A stretch of 64,000 bases of DNA from Octopus sinensis (lineage: Eukaryota), in contig NC_043002.1 of NCBI RefSeq assembly GCF_006345805.1, positions 9,362,001-9,426,000 of the forward strand, read 5' to 3'. Of the stretch, positions 48,508-61,375 are shown piece by piece (within the stretch, counting starts at the first letter, position 1; the number at the start of each line of letters is the position of its first letter). The translations under genes and the position numbers were made by a program. The notes beneath the pieces are model-generated. The model was not told where the DNA came from. It saw only the letters and a list, made by a program, of their open reading frames with translations, and searched no databases.

Positions 48508-49331
48508 GTGAGCTGTTGTTTTTCCCTTTTGATACCAAACTAAAAATTATAAGAATCCAGTTTTTGTTAAGCATTTTTTTGTCTTTTATGTTCAAGGTTG
48601 GTGTGATCATTTCACATCAGTCATTATGCTTGATTATTCTTGATACTCACAGGAATTAGCATTTCATAATCATCTTTAGTTGTCATTTTGAGAAGTAAGG
48701 CTCTCACCAGCTAACTTATGGAGCACCATTTCAATTAGTAAATTCACTGTGTATTTGTTTTTTCAGACTTTAAATTTCATGTATCTTAGCTTTAATTTTT
48801 ACTTGCTCTCCATTTTTTAGATTATAGCCTTTTTTTATGTAGATAAATGTTTTCTGATATGCTTAGGCAGTGAATGGTGTACTTCAAGGAGTAAGATGAT
48901 GTTGCTGTCTAGTCTCAGTCCTTGGAGCAATTTTGTTTCCTTTAGCCATAATTCTTTTGGGGTAGTTGTGAGAATCTGTTAAAAGTTTTATCCTTTGCAT
49001 TAATAATTCTGCATCATTTAGGTAATAGACTGCTACATTGGAATACTTGGTTTAACTATACTGTATCTATTGAAAGAAATAGTTTATTTTTCTTTTTACT
49101 AAACATGTAGAATGATTCTACTGTGTCTGGGGAGAGACATTTTCTTTTAGGACAATAAAAATAAGAAAAATGTGGAAATTTTACTGGTGAGTGTGTTACA
49201 TAATAAGGCACAAAAAGAAAATGACTCTCCCCAGACACAACAAAATATGCTTCAACACACGAACTCATATAAAGTATCTTGCAAACCAAATCCAAAAACG
49301 AAATGTATAATGGTGATTTTTTTTTTTTAAG

Positions 49332-49397
49332 ATGAGGAAATCTATGAAGTAGATGAGGACGATGATGAAGTTGAGGAAGTTGGCGAAGCTATTGAAG
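49332..49397 (+). CDS. SET: SET exon 7 (acidic tail, symmetric phase 1-1)
   Basis: DEEIYEVDEDDDEVEEVGEAIE; aag|...G|gtaata. Confidence 0.8.
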
Positions 49398-49469
49398 GTA
49401 ATAAAATGAAATTTGGTTTGATTAATTCTATATTGTTTATGATGTAATATCCATTTGTCTTTTCATGAT

Positions 49470-50150
49470 GTAGGCATGGGGGTCATGTGGATTGTATGTA
49501 TGCTTGTTTGTATTTTTGTGAACATATATTTTATTCCTGCCTTTGGATGCATGCCATGTTGTTTCGTGCTAGGTCTTGTATGGGGACAATGTTGGCTGGG
49601 GTCAGCTTGTGCTTGCTAGCAAATTCTTGGGAGTTGCAGTCCACAGCCATTGGTTTTTCCAGTCCCAAATTGTCCCACTGTCCAAGTTGACTGGTCAATA
49701 TGCATTCTGCCCTAGTTTGGTGTTCCAATCTCCTAAGACAATGAGGAACTTTTTTTTTTAAGGACCGTCTTGGTGATTTTCTCCAGGTCCTCATAGAATT
49801 CTTCAATGGTGTCATTATCATGTTCAAGTGTTGGTGCACAGATTTGTATTGTGGTCTTGCATTCACACGTATAGCGATGAGAGCCTGCTGGATACTGATA
49901 TGCAGTTGATGACTGAAAACTACTTTGGCTTTGTGAATGATGAAGCCTACTCCATTTCCATGGAAGCAGACAGGAAGAAATCTTCGTTTGACCACAAAAA
50001 GTACTGAGCCGGTCACTGCAGCAAACCTGCTACACATGACAGTGGCAACGTCTGACCATGGAAGTGTCTAGGGTGGCACCCCAATAACTGGCTGCTTGTG
50101 TCATGGGGTCATCTAGCCTATGATACAGATAAATAGACATTAAAAGGTTG
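49470..50150 (-). mobile_element. Degenerate RTE LINE APE-endonuclease fragment
   Basis: NGVGFII, IAIRVNARP, EEFYEDLE-like, EFASKHKLTPAN in shifting frames. Confidence 0.7.
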
Positions 50151-50188
50151 ATGTGAGGGATATTTTCGTTGCTACTGCTGGAGCCCTT

Positions 50189-50403
50189 TTAACCCTTTAG
50201 TGTTTGCATTATTATTCCAAAATTAATCCTGTTTTTATCCACATTGCCTTGAACTAATCAGGCATTATCTTTGATGAGGTAGCTGTTAATTTTTAAGACA
50301 ATATTGTAGGGTTGGTGTGAGAGACCAGATTTGGTCAGTTTGAACACAAAACAGGCAGAATACTTTTGGCTGGATATGGACGGTTTAAATGCTAAAAGGT
50401 TAA
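50189..50403. mobile_element. piggyBac-type MITE, family B
   Basis: TTAA-CCCTTTAG ... CTAAAAGG-TTAA; its right end resembles the inverted start of the 6386 element. Confidence 0.75.
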
Positions 50404-50550
50404 ACAACTTTGAAGAAATGGCTTAGAGGTTTTGAAGCTGTTCTACCACTGGTTATAGAAATTCTTCTCTGTTTATATTTGTTTAAAACATTAATGAAGA
50501 AAAGGTATCTCCATCTGCAGTTTTTTTATGATATCTTATCTTTTTTGCAG

Positions 50551-50636
50551 GTGAAGATGTGGAGGTTTTAGACGGTGATGACGAAGATGAGGATGATGAT
50601 AAGGCTCATGAAGCAAAAAAAGAATCAAAAGAATGA
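50551..50636 (+). CDS. SET: SET exon 8 (last coding exon, TGA at 50634-50636)
   Basis: GEDVEVLDGDDEDEDDDKAHEAKKESKE*; the eight exons sum to 948 nt = 315 aa plus stop. Confidence 0.9.
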
Positions 50637-53600
50637 AATTGGACTATTAAATGAATTCTATATTAATGATTGCAATGAAGGAAAAAAAATGGTGTAAACT
50701 CCGTAAGCCTTATCACAAGGCCTTCTGTAAATATATTGTCATTCTCCGTTTCAGAGATAACATTAGGCGAGCCGAACAGTTGTTGTTTGTAGTTGGGTGG
50801 ATTTACAGTAATGTTCATCTACCGACTACTTTTTTTAGCCACTGTGGAGCAGCTCACTAATCAAATCATGTTCAGTGCACAGTCATCCAGACTACTAATG
50901 TCTACTTATCATTAAAGCATTACACAGTTTGAGATTAAATGAACTTACAAGTCATGATTATTATTTTTTTCTCTCCCCCAACTTTAGAAATTATCTTTTT
51001 AGAGTTTATTTGAATCTCCTATGTATAAAAAAAGAAAAAAATTAGTGCCCTAGTGGGTTAATGTATAGAGAGCCATTTGGGCCCTTATGTTTGTTAATCA
51101 AATTTTTCTAGTAAATGGATCTCAGTGTAAATCTTCAACTAAATGGTCATTCCATGTCTGTTTCAGTTAATTTTATCTTTTACTTCCTAAAGTCGCAATT
51201 TCATTTTGGTGAGACAGTTGGAAGACATCTGTAATTTGCAGATAGCGTTTCCTACCAGTAAGGGATTTTATTATGTCGGTTTTTAAGGATTTAGTATTGG
51301 TTTTCATATATTTTTGATTTTTATGTAAATTTTATACCTTAAAAGAAATTTTCATTTCTCTTTTTGAACTGAAAGCACAGTTGTCTCCATTTATATATAC
51401 ATGTCACACATGCTGTGTGTGTGTATATATATTCCTACCTTTCAGTGTCACATTAATTAGAACTTTTGAATGAAGTGTATCTGAGTTACAAGACGAATGT
51501 TTTTGGCCATGCATACGTTATTGATTTAAAAAAAAAAAATTTTTTTTACCCTTTATCCTTATCATTGTTCATGTTCTGAAATTCACACTTCAGTCATAAA
51601 TTTTATTTTTTCTTTCTGAGTGAGTGTTAAAATGACTAAAATTATTTTCTTGTTCAATATATGACAGTCAAAGCATTTTTGCATTCTGATGCTTTGACTG
51701 ATCTTATTTAGTCTAGGAAGAGTTGATAGTATTTATAAAATTGTGTGTTAGAAAATATATCTGATTATAAAAAATGGTTGGTTTTAAATTTCTGCAGACT
51801 TAATGAATTATTGTTTTAATATTCTTTTGTACTGAAATATTCTTGGATGGTAGGTTTAATCGGTCACCCAGTTAGTACCTCCATCTCACTTTTGGGTGCC
51901 TCTAGCAGAGTTCATTTCTGATCCAAGCATTCAAGCTAGGTCTACATTCTGGTGATGATCATTACCTCTCACCAATCTCAGATTCCTTGAAAAGAGCCAG
52001 TTCTCTGACTAAGCCATTTAAAAGAAGTAATTGCCTGTGTTTTGGATATTTCTATCCATCTTGTATAGTTTACACTATAAGATAGTGTTAACTTAACTTT
52101 GATGGGTGTTAAGCAAGCTCTCGGGCCTTTGTATTTGATTACATTTCCAGTGTGTCTCACAGAACCTTTTCCTTTTTCTCTCTCTCTCTTCTGCCTTTAG
52201 AGTTGATACACTTAACAGAACTGTCTCTTATTTTAGCTGTGCATAGATATATCGGTACTTCTATTCCCATCTCCATATCAGTTACCAAATACTGAATGTT
52301 TTGTAATAGATTGGTCTTGGGGAAGGAACCATGTATCCCAGTCTGCTTCATTTGCTATCTACTGTATTCTTCACTTTTGTTCCGATACCAACAGATGGTA
52401 GTATTTCTGAGATTTTATGCAGCATAATCAAGAACTGTATTATTTAGACCCTTCCCCTCTCTTGGTGTGTTTTTAATTACATAGTCAAGTAAACTAAAGA
52501 TGTTGAATTCGATAAGAAAGCATCCTGTATGACTTTCTGATTTAGCAGTGCACAGTTGCAGTCTGTTAGGCCTCTTGTATGCAAAAATAGCATTTGACAG
52601 AAGATAATGCAAGACTAGCTCTGATAGCACCTTTGTGTAGTATGTTGTATACACCTGTAACACAAATAATGGTGCATAAGGGAATAAATGACAGGTAGTT
52701 TTGATAATGCAATACCTTGGTACAGTGTACTGTTGTGTATAACTAGCTACTCTGGTCTCAGACGATCTCTTTCATGGTTATCACTTTTGTAGTATCACTA
52801 AAACCTAATAACTTATAAGGTAAAATAAAGACGAAGGAGGCAGTGACAAAATGAATGTGCTGGAATTGATTTAAACTAAATTTTCAAATATATTTTCTCA
52901 ATAAATATTTTGACAGTATATCAAGTATTTTATATAATAATCTTTAAATTTAAGATTTGCAGTGAGAAATCTGGTACAACATAACATGCAGCTGTGTTAT
53001 TTAACAATATTTTCAAGTGTTTCGTTCATATTTTCTTTGAGTTCAGTATCAAAATACCATGTTGATTGTTCTTTGAATACTATTCATGTTGGTAGTGTCT
53101 GTGCATAAGCCATTATTCAGAAGTCGAACTGCTATTACAGTGCGTTTTGAGAATTATTACCAGATATCCAACTTTTAACATCTTTTTCATTAAAAATACA
53201 TTGATCTTTACTGTGTAACATACTTACATTGAGGCATAAAACATGAATTTCAATGATGCCCGACTGCTCCAATACCAAGTGGATATAGAGATTCTGCCTC
53301 TCAGTTCACAGACTTTCAACATGTTAGAGATAGCAGCTAAATCTTCCTCATGTGTCATTCTACTATTTTGAAAGAAGAAGGGCACATTGGATATTTTAGT
53401 CCTGTATATATCTATGAAAAAAAACGAGGTGGCAGGGTCATGGCTGGAAATACATTTGACTAACAGGTTAGTTTAATGTTGAATGACATTTGCCTTTTCT
53501 AAGTAACTTTTGTTTGCACCTTTTATTAATGGGACAAAAACATTCTCACGGGTTTGTCACTTTTCATTGTGTAATGACCTCAGTGTAAAATGTATATATT

Positions 53601-54132
53601 TGAAGAACGATTGGAGACACTGCTACATGTGGAAAATTTCTCTTCTGTCAGTGTTTACCAACAAATATCAAGTTTTCATTTTCTTATGCATCATTATGTA
53701 CCTTGTGAATGAATTACATTTTCATTCTTTTATCTTTGTGCCATTCAGAGCTCTTATAAATTCCTGCTGATTTAATTATGCACAGATAGAAACTAATATT
53801 TCTTATACTGATATCCATTTTTTTTTATAGCTGTACTGCTTTTAGAAGTCTCAATCATCAGAATCCTAACTTCATCATTGTGTTTGGTGTATTGGTCTGT
53901 GCTCTCTGTTGGAGGATGAAAACCAACTTACATCAAAGATGGGGCTCTAGTTGAATTGGTGGTCCATTTAGAATTTGTATTTCTTTTCACACGCTTCATA
54001 GTTTTCATTTGTTGCCATCTTTGAAATTCAAAAGAGATATTGCAAAAGTCTAAACATTCAGAAATATAATTTAGCAACTGATTAAAAACCAACAAAGTAG
54101 GCAAATTAATGGGTTCTACAGATACTCTTACA

Positions 54133-54360
54133 TTAACCCTTTCGTAACTGTATTTATTTTGAGATGATCTGTGTTTCTTTCAATTATTTTAAATATAACA
54201 AAGGATTTAGTAAAATCGCTTAGTTATCATTAAGCTAGTGTTAGGAACATAAATTGTGACTACGGTTTGGTGGAAGATTTTAATTCAAAACTTATGAAAA
54301 CAAGACTTTTGTAGTCAGAACCAGTGCCAGTTTCAGCCGAGTTGGTAACGAGAGGGTTAA
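54133..54360. mobile_element. piggyBac-type MITE, family A (inverted copy of 331-559)
   Basis: TTAA-CCCTTTCGTAAC ... GTAACGAGAGGG-TTAA; body is the reverse complement of 335-555. Confidence 0.9.
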
Positions 54361-55199
54361 GCAGCATTGTTAGTTATTGGTGCTAAGACAACTGAAAATC
54401 TTTTCTTATATTTACTAATAAACTTCAAACCTAGAATGTATCTTCTTTTAAGATACTATAATTTGACAGTTTAATAACAGGTGTGTGTGGGGGGGTACTT
54501 TTTTTATAATTCCATCATTTGGTGACCTGGGAGAGTGTGGCTTTCTTATGGCACTTGCTTCGGTAGTATGATTTAGAGTTGAGTTACCATTCTTGTCAAA
54601 CTTCCTTGACTATTAAAATTCCTGCAAGTATTTGACCAATTTTTAAATTCACTAAAATTATGTTCATTACTGCCTTGTAGAATTGTTTTCCCCTGAAAAA
54701 TTCTTAATGAATCGGTATATGCTGAAATAGTAGAGTACAGTTTGTACATGGGATAATTACTCAAACCTGCAAGAAATACAACGGTCTTCACTAACATGTT
54801 TTCTGACACTAATATCAAACCATTGTGCTCTAGTAGTTTGGTCACTAAAGATTTCCTCACTTCTCAGTGATGCTTCCTGATCTTTTTTTTTTTGTGTGTG
54901 TGTGGTTTTACAAGGTAAGAAGAAGGGCCCTTGAAGTTTTAACTAAACTTTTCAAGATAAGTAAAATTCATGGTTTTTTTATATATTGGTTACTTTCTAT
55001 AAATTCCAATGTGTTCTCTTAATTGTTGTAAAATATGTATTAGGAAATTGTAAGCACTAACTTGAGAAACAAACCAACCACACATGTGCTTCATGATTAT
55101 TGCTGGTTATAGGGCACCTGCTTTCTTGCAACATCTGATTCCTATCGAGGTTCTTTTAGATAGCCTACACTCCTCTTTTGCTTAGTATTTGATACAAAA

Positions 55200-55600
55200 C
55201 CTGAGAGGATGTGAATAATAATAATGAAATTATTGTATACGGTGCTCAGGTGCACCACAACTTGTCAAAAGTGCGTTTAAAGTATTTGCAGTAATGTACA
55301 AATGTCTGGGAAGCGAACACTATGAGTCAGATACATGCTTGCGTGTGTATGGAGGGGAGAAAATCAGGTGTAGTGTCGGCGGATCTCAGGAAGCATGGAA
55401 GTTTTGAAGGATGCAGTGCTCCGACAACTAACAACTGATGCCAGCAGTTTGTTCCATGCTTCAGCAACTCTCAGCGTGAAAAAATGCTTCCTAAAGTCAT
55501 GGGAGCTGTGCTGTTTTCTGACTTTGTAAAGTATGTCCACGGGTGTTAGACAGGTGGAGTTTGAATAGGTGCTCAGGGTTATTGTTTGTAAGATGGTTAA
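55200..55600 (-). mobile_element. CR1-clade LINE 3' end
   Basis: HDFRKHFFTLRVAEAWNKL on the minus strand. Confidence 0.8.
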
Positions 55601-56739
55601 TAATTGAGTTACTGTTTCTTTCCCTTTTTTTTTTTTTTTTACCTGTTCTCAGCTGGTGCCTACATTTACATTAGAATCTCAACAGTAAAATCAAGTCAGT
55701 AATGTCTTCTGTCCTGCGACACATCGGATGAACTGGCCATCATCGTTTGTTTTTATTGGCCGAAGTTCTTGATTATAAAGCAATATGAATAACAATCGCA
55801 TCTCAAAAGGGCAAACATACACAATGAAAACAATTTTATGTCATTTATTCTAGATTTCCAAACAAAAATTTGAAAAGTCCTGGTAAACTTCTAGATATAA
55901 AGATCATATTGATAATGCCAATTGTAATAGAAAAAAGACCTATTGAACCTTTTTATTTTTTCTATTTAACAAATAAATATAAAATAGCTCCTAAGTGTTT
56001 TCTTTATATATGACATTACATAATGTGTAATACAATAAATGTAGGTTGTAGTATGATATTCATTTGATTTTATTGATGAAAAATGCAAGGGTGTGAGTAC
56101 AGTTTAGTTTTCAAATATTAGTCTTCCTTGTAGAGAGCTTATTTTTGTAGGTTTTTAGAATGTTACTTTGGTCTTGTTATACGGGGGTGAGGTGAGAACA
56201 GTATATTTATTGTTCACATAGTGCTTTTCGATATTTCTCTGGAAAGAGGACTGCATTTTTCGTTTCAGTTTTTTTAACCTGTATCTACCCTGGCTGACTT
56301 CAAGCATTGTGGCTGTGATCCTAATCTTAGGTATATGTTAAAACAAAGTGACATGTTAGCTGAATTGGCATTATTAAGTGGGTTGTCTCTTTCCTATCAA
56401 AGGAGGTAACAAAATTTGTAAAAAAAATTTAAGTTACTGTTCCTGTTATAAATGAAAATGGCAAGAAGCTAATTTCGGCTATAGCTACCATCCAATGATG
56501 GTAATATTTTCTTGATCAAAATACCAGCCATGTCTTTGATGACACATTTGTCTAGAGGTTTATAAAATAAGCACCGGTCAAATGTTGGAATGGTTACTAT
56601 TTTTCTGTGCTTGTAGTTGTTTCGGAATTAATCATCGGCTTGATCAACTTTTTTTTTTCTTTTGAGGGAAAAACTGATCTACCACATCAGCCCCCAGTAA
56701 ACCATCTGATACTATTGTCCTGTCAACTGTAGCAGAATT

Positions 56740-57118
56740 TTAACTAGGAATTTGAGAGGTGGTTGGATGGAACATACACTCGCCTCTTTATGAGAGCTCA
56801 AAGTCTCTCTGGAAGCATCATCCAACCAAAGTACAAATGTATGGGAAATTACCACCTGTATCATCTCTTGTGAAAGGTAGAAGAGTCCATTTTGCTGGAC
56901 ATTGTTGTAGAGCTGAAAACGAGATAATTTCTACTCTTCTCCTCTGGAAGCCATCTGCTTGTGATACCAGAGGGCGCACACTCTCCTACCCTGTTGTAAT
57001 CTCCAGGGATACAGGTATCCAGCAACAGGACCTCCGTAATGCTATGATGGACCATGAAGTCGGGTGTAACAGTAAATTCCATTGTCTTGACCACGGTCAA
57101 ACAATGATGAAGATAAAC
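56740..57118 (+). mobile_element. RTE-X-like LINE 3' fragment
   Basis: WKHHPTKVQMYGKLPPVSSLVKGRRVHFAGHC...LLLWKP; short GAT/GAA tail. Confidence 0.75.
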
Positions 57119-57894
57119 TAGGAATGCAAAGGGCTTATGCATTTCTGGAAAGTTTACAGTGTCAGTGATATAATGAAAAATATGAAACTGACGTGCTTCT
57201 GAGGGTGTTATGTACGAACTCCTGGTTTGTACAACACACAAATGTGTTTGTGAGAAGGGTAATTGGTTTAGCTATACTTAGATGTCTCTGTGTGTGCACT
57301 GTTGAGCTAAACATCTAGGGGCATACTATGGGTTTGTGATGTACATGCTTTTCTTATGGAACTTGTTTGTCATATCAAAAGACAGGCTGAAACATGGATA
57401 TTTTCAACCTATCTAAACTTTTGTAGTTATCTAGGTCATGGAAAAGTTGGTGTATTAACATAAAAACAAATATGTCAACTTCTAGTAAGAGCTGATGATA
57501 GTTACATAACATTGTGTAAGTCAAAAGAATATTTTCTCCCATAATACTGAGTTTCACAAAAAAAGCAAGCAATTTTTTAAAATTTTGAATGTTAATCAAT
57601 TAAACCAATTTAATTTTCTTTGTGTAACAAGTTTTGAAGGGTTTAAACATCACTTCTGTCTCTAAAATTATAATGCTGACATTTTATTCAATGTATAATA
57701 AACACCAAACATCTATTCACTTCTCATGAGGAGCACAATAGTTGGGCTGTAACCAAATTATTATTATTACTATATGCTATTGTATATATCAACAAAATCT
57801 TCCTCCACTTCGAACATTACAAAGTGTCTGTGTATGAAATTGTTCTTTGGGTGTCTGTCCATTTGCCATTACTAGAAAATACTGTTTCTGATGT

Positions 57895-58150
57895 CATCAT
57901 CGTTTCGTTTAACGTCCGCTGGGGTCTGGGAAGCCAGGAGGCTGCACCAAGCTCCAGTCTGATCTGGCAATGTTTCTACAGCTGGATGCCCTTCCTAATG
58001 CCAACCACTGTGTGAGTGTAGTGGGTGCTTTTTACATGCCACCAGCACAGGTGCCAGGGGAGGCTGGCAACGGCCACAATTGGTTGGTGCTTTCTACATG
58101 CCACTGGCAACAGCTACGTTCGGATGGTTCTTTTACTTGCCACCGGCACG
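57895..58150 (-). mobile_element. RTE LINE 3' end
   Basis: Family motifs; inverted relative to 58560-58845. Confidence 0.8.
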
Positions 58151-58559
58151 TATTACGTGTTTTAAATAAATATGAGGATGCTGCTAGTAGCAGTTTTCAA
58201 AACTGAAAGATAGGTATGTATATGGAATATGCAGCTTCTGTGATAATCATTCAGTAGGTATTAATATATGTTTCTTAAAAAAGCACCCATTACATACTGT
58301 AAAATGGTTGGCATTAGAAAGGACATCCACCTGTGGAAACTGTACCAAAGCTAATATAGACCGTGATGCGCCTGGGCTAATTGAATCCTGTCAAACTATC
58401 CAATTAATTCCAGTATGGGGAAATGGATATTAAATGATAATGACAATACAGTGGTTTACAAGTTGTCAAACGAAAAGAGAACCTTTTGAAATGGCTTGCT
58501 AATTTACTGGCAGGGCGTGATTGTGTAAAGATAACTTTAGACTTCAGACTAATTATGCT

Positions 58560-58845
58560 ATGTCATTTAGTCACCAACCGATCGTGGCCATTGCCAGCTT
58601 ACCCTGGTGCCTGTGCCAGTGGCTCGTAAAGAGCACCATCCGTACACAGCCGATGCCAGTGCCGCCTTGGCTGGCTTCCGTGCCGGTGGCATGTAAAAGG
58701 CACCAACCAATCGTGGCCATTGCCAGCCTCCCCTGGCACGTAAAAAGCACCCACTACACTCACTGGTGCAGCCTCCTGGCTTCCCAGACCCCAGTCGAAC
58801 CATCCAACCTATGCTAGCATGGAAAACGGACGTTAAATGACGATG
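58560..58845 (+). mobile_element. RTE LINE 3' end
   Basis: Family subunits, CCTATGCTAGCATGG, GAC/GAT tail. Confidence 0.8.
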
Positions 58846-58859
58846 ATTTAGTCATTGAC

Positions 58860-59846
58860 CAACACGTGCTAGTGTGGATGTATGTTTAGTGCACTTGGCA
58901 ATTTGTTGTAAGTTGAACAATGAAGGATTCAGAGGAACCACATGCTTTATACTCTACTTCAAATTGGGAAAATCTTTACAGATTTTGGTCCTAAAGTTGC
59001 AGCAGACCTATGAGGAAGATTGTTTCCACCATGTACAATATCACCAGTGATGCCAGCAAATCAGGAAAAGTCGACATGTGGGCTACAAAAGATCGCATTG
59101 CACTGGTGTATGCTGTGATTCTTAAAAATTATTTCCTGGCTGCAAAGGTTCTTACCATATGATTTTAAAAGAATTGTCTATACATTGTGCTGTAACTGAG
59201 TTAGGAGCTGTTTGGTTATTCCTGTACTAAAGAAAACATTCTGAAAAGCATCGTGATACATAGCAAAATCTAGGTGTATGAGACACCATCACCTCCTGGG
59301 GCACTCTTTGCTCTAGCTTTTCTTACGAAATCATTCACCTCTCTCTCCCTGACGTCCCCAATTTGGAATTCAATATCAGGTTCTGAGAGATGATTTGGCC
59401 CATGTAGATGTGGCAGTGGCTGGTTACGGTGTAGGTTTCTTTGATATGAGCATCCAATTGTGCACGATAAAGAGCCACTTCAGAGTCCTTTTACTCTCTT
59501 TTCGATGCTCATATCAGTGGATATGTCATTGCACGTAACGACATTTCCTTTACAGTAGCGCAAGGCCAGGTTTTTCATCAGGGTTTCCATCGCTTTCTTA
59601 GGCTGGTCTTTTCCTTCCTCAACTGTTTCATTTCCCTGATCCTCTTGCTTGGTCCACACTTTCCTTTCACTAATCGGATACTCTCTTTCACTCCGAATAA
59701 TTCCTTTCCTGTATCATAAATTGAGCTTGTAAATTTTCCCAGTTTCTCCACTGTAGAGCCTCTCATTTTATAAAGAGCCCGACAAACCTTGTTTTCAAAC
59801 TCTTTATATTTCACTTTCTCATTAGCAGCAGGCCACAAAATCCCCC
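58860..59846 (-). mobile_element. HERO/R2-superclade (RLE-type) non-LTR fragment, degenerate
   Basis: WPAANEKVKYKEFE..KELFG..RIREMKQLRKE, EVNDFVRKARAKSAPGGDGVSY, frameshifted PGFAG. Confidence 0.65.
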
Positions 59847-59849
59847 ACT

Positions 59850-60945
59850 TTCCGTCACTTTCCAGGGAGAAAAACTAGAAATAGTTGATAGCTTCCGTTA
59901 CCTAGGTGACCAAGTCAGCAGCGGGGGCGGGTGTGCTGAAAGTGTAACTGCTAGAGTAAGAATAGCTTGGGCAAAGTTCAGAGGGCTCTTACCTCTGCTG
60001 GTGACAAAAGGCCTCTCGCACAGAGTAAAAGGCAGACTGTATGATGCGTGTGTATGAACAGCCATGCTACATGGCAGTGAAACATGGGCCGTGACTGCTG
60101 AGGATATGCGTAAGCTCGCAAGAAATGAAGCCAGTATGCTCCGATGGATGTGTAATGTCAGTACTCATACTCGGCAGAGTGTAAGTACCTTGAGAGAAAA
60201 GCTGGACCAAAGAAGCATCAGTTGTGGTGTGCAAGAGAGACGTTTGCGCTGGTATGGCCATGTGGCGAGAATGGATGAAGATAGTTGTGTGAAAAAGTGC
60301 CACACCCTAGCGGTTGAGGAAACCTGTGGAAGAGGCTGACCCAGGAAAACCTGGGACGAGGTGGTGAAGCACGACCTTCGAACTTTAGGTCTCACTGAGG
60401 AAATGACTAGAGACCGAGACCTCTGGAAGTGTGCTGTGCGCGAGAAGACCCGGCAGGACAAGTGAGACCATAACCCGTGGCCTTCTACATGGGATGGAGC
60501 CAGCCTACGTATGCATACCTTCCCTTCTTGGGACACAAAACTCTACTTGTGAAGACCAGTTGAGGCAAGTGAGGATCAGAATCAAAATCGATCAATGGAA
60601 ATTGCAGCGCCGCCCCGACTGGCCTCATGCCGGTGGCACATAAAAAGCACCATCCGTTCGTGTCCGTTGCCACCCTCGCCTGGCCCCCGTGCCGGTGGCA
60701 CATAAAAGCGCCATCTGTTCGTGGCCGTTTGCCAGCTCTGTCTGGCACCTGTGCGGGTGGCATGTAAAAAGCACCCACTACACTCACAGAGTTGTTGGCG
60801 TTAGGAAGGGCATCCAGCCGTAGAAACACTGCCAGATCTGACTGGGCCTGATGAAGCCTTCCGGCTTCACAGACCCCAGTTGAACCGTCCAACCCATGCT
60901 AGCATGGAAAACGGATGCTAAACGATGATGATGATGATGATGATA
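59850..60945 (+). mobile_element. 5'-truncated RTE LINE with ORF2 C-terminus, modular 3' UTR and (GAT)n tail
   Basis: VDSFRYLGD, AWAKFRGLLPLL, MLHGSETW, RRLRWYGHVARM, PRKTWDEVVKHDL; two in-frame stops. Confidence 0.9.
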
Positions 60946-61029
60946 TATATATATATACATACATATATACTATACTATACTATCATATTCACATTTTTTT
61001 AATAGATTTTTAATTAGTCACCATATCAA

Positions 61030-61375
61030 ATGGAAATTGTAGTCGTGATACCTGTGCTGGTGGCACGTAAAAAGCACCATCCGAACGTGGCCGATGCCAG
61101 CGCAGCCTTGACTGGCTTCTGTGCCAGTGGCACATAAAAAGCACCAACCGATTGTGGCCACTGGCAGCCTCCCCTGGCACCTGTGCCAGTGGCACACAAA
61201 AAGCACCCACTACACTCACGGAGTGGTTGGCATTAGGAAGGGCATCCAGCTGTAGAAACACTGCCAGATCAGACTGGAGCCTGGTGCAGCCTCCTGGCTT
61301 CCCATATCCCGGTCGAACCGTCCAACCCATGCTAGCATGGAAAACGGACATTAAACGATGTTGATGATGATGATT
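61030..61375 (+). mobile_element. RTE LINE 3' end
   Basis: Family motifs and tail. Confidence 0.85.
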
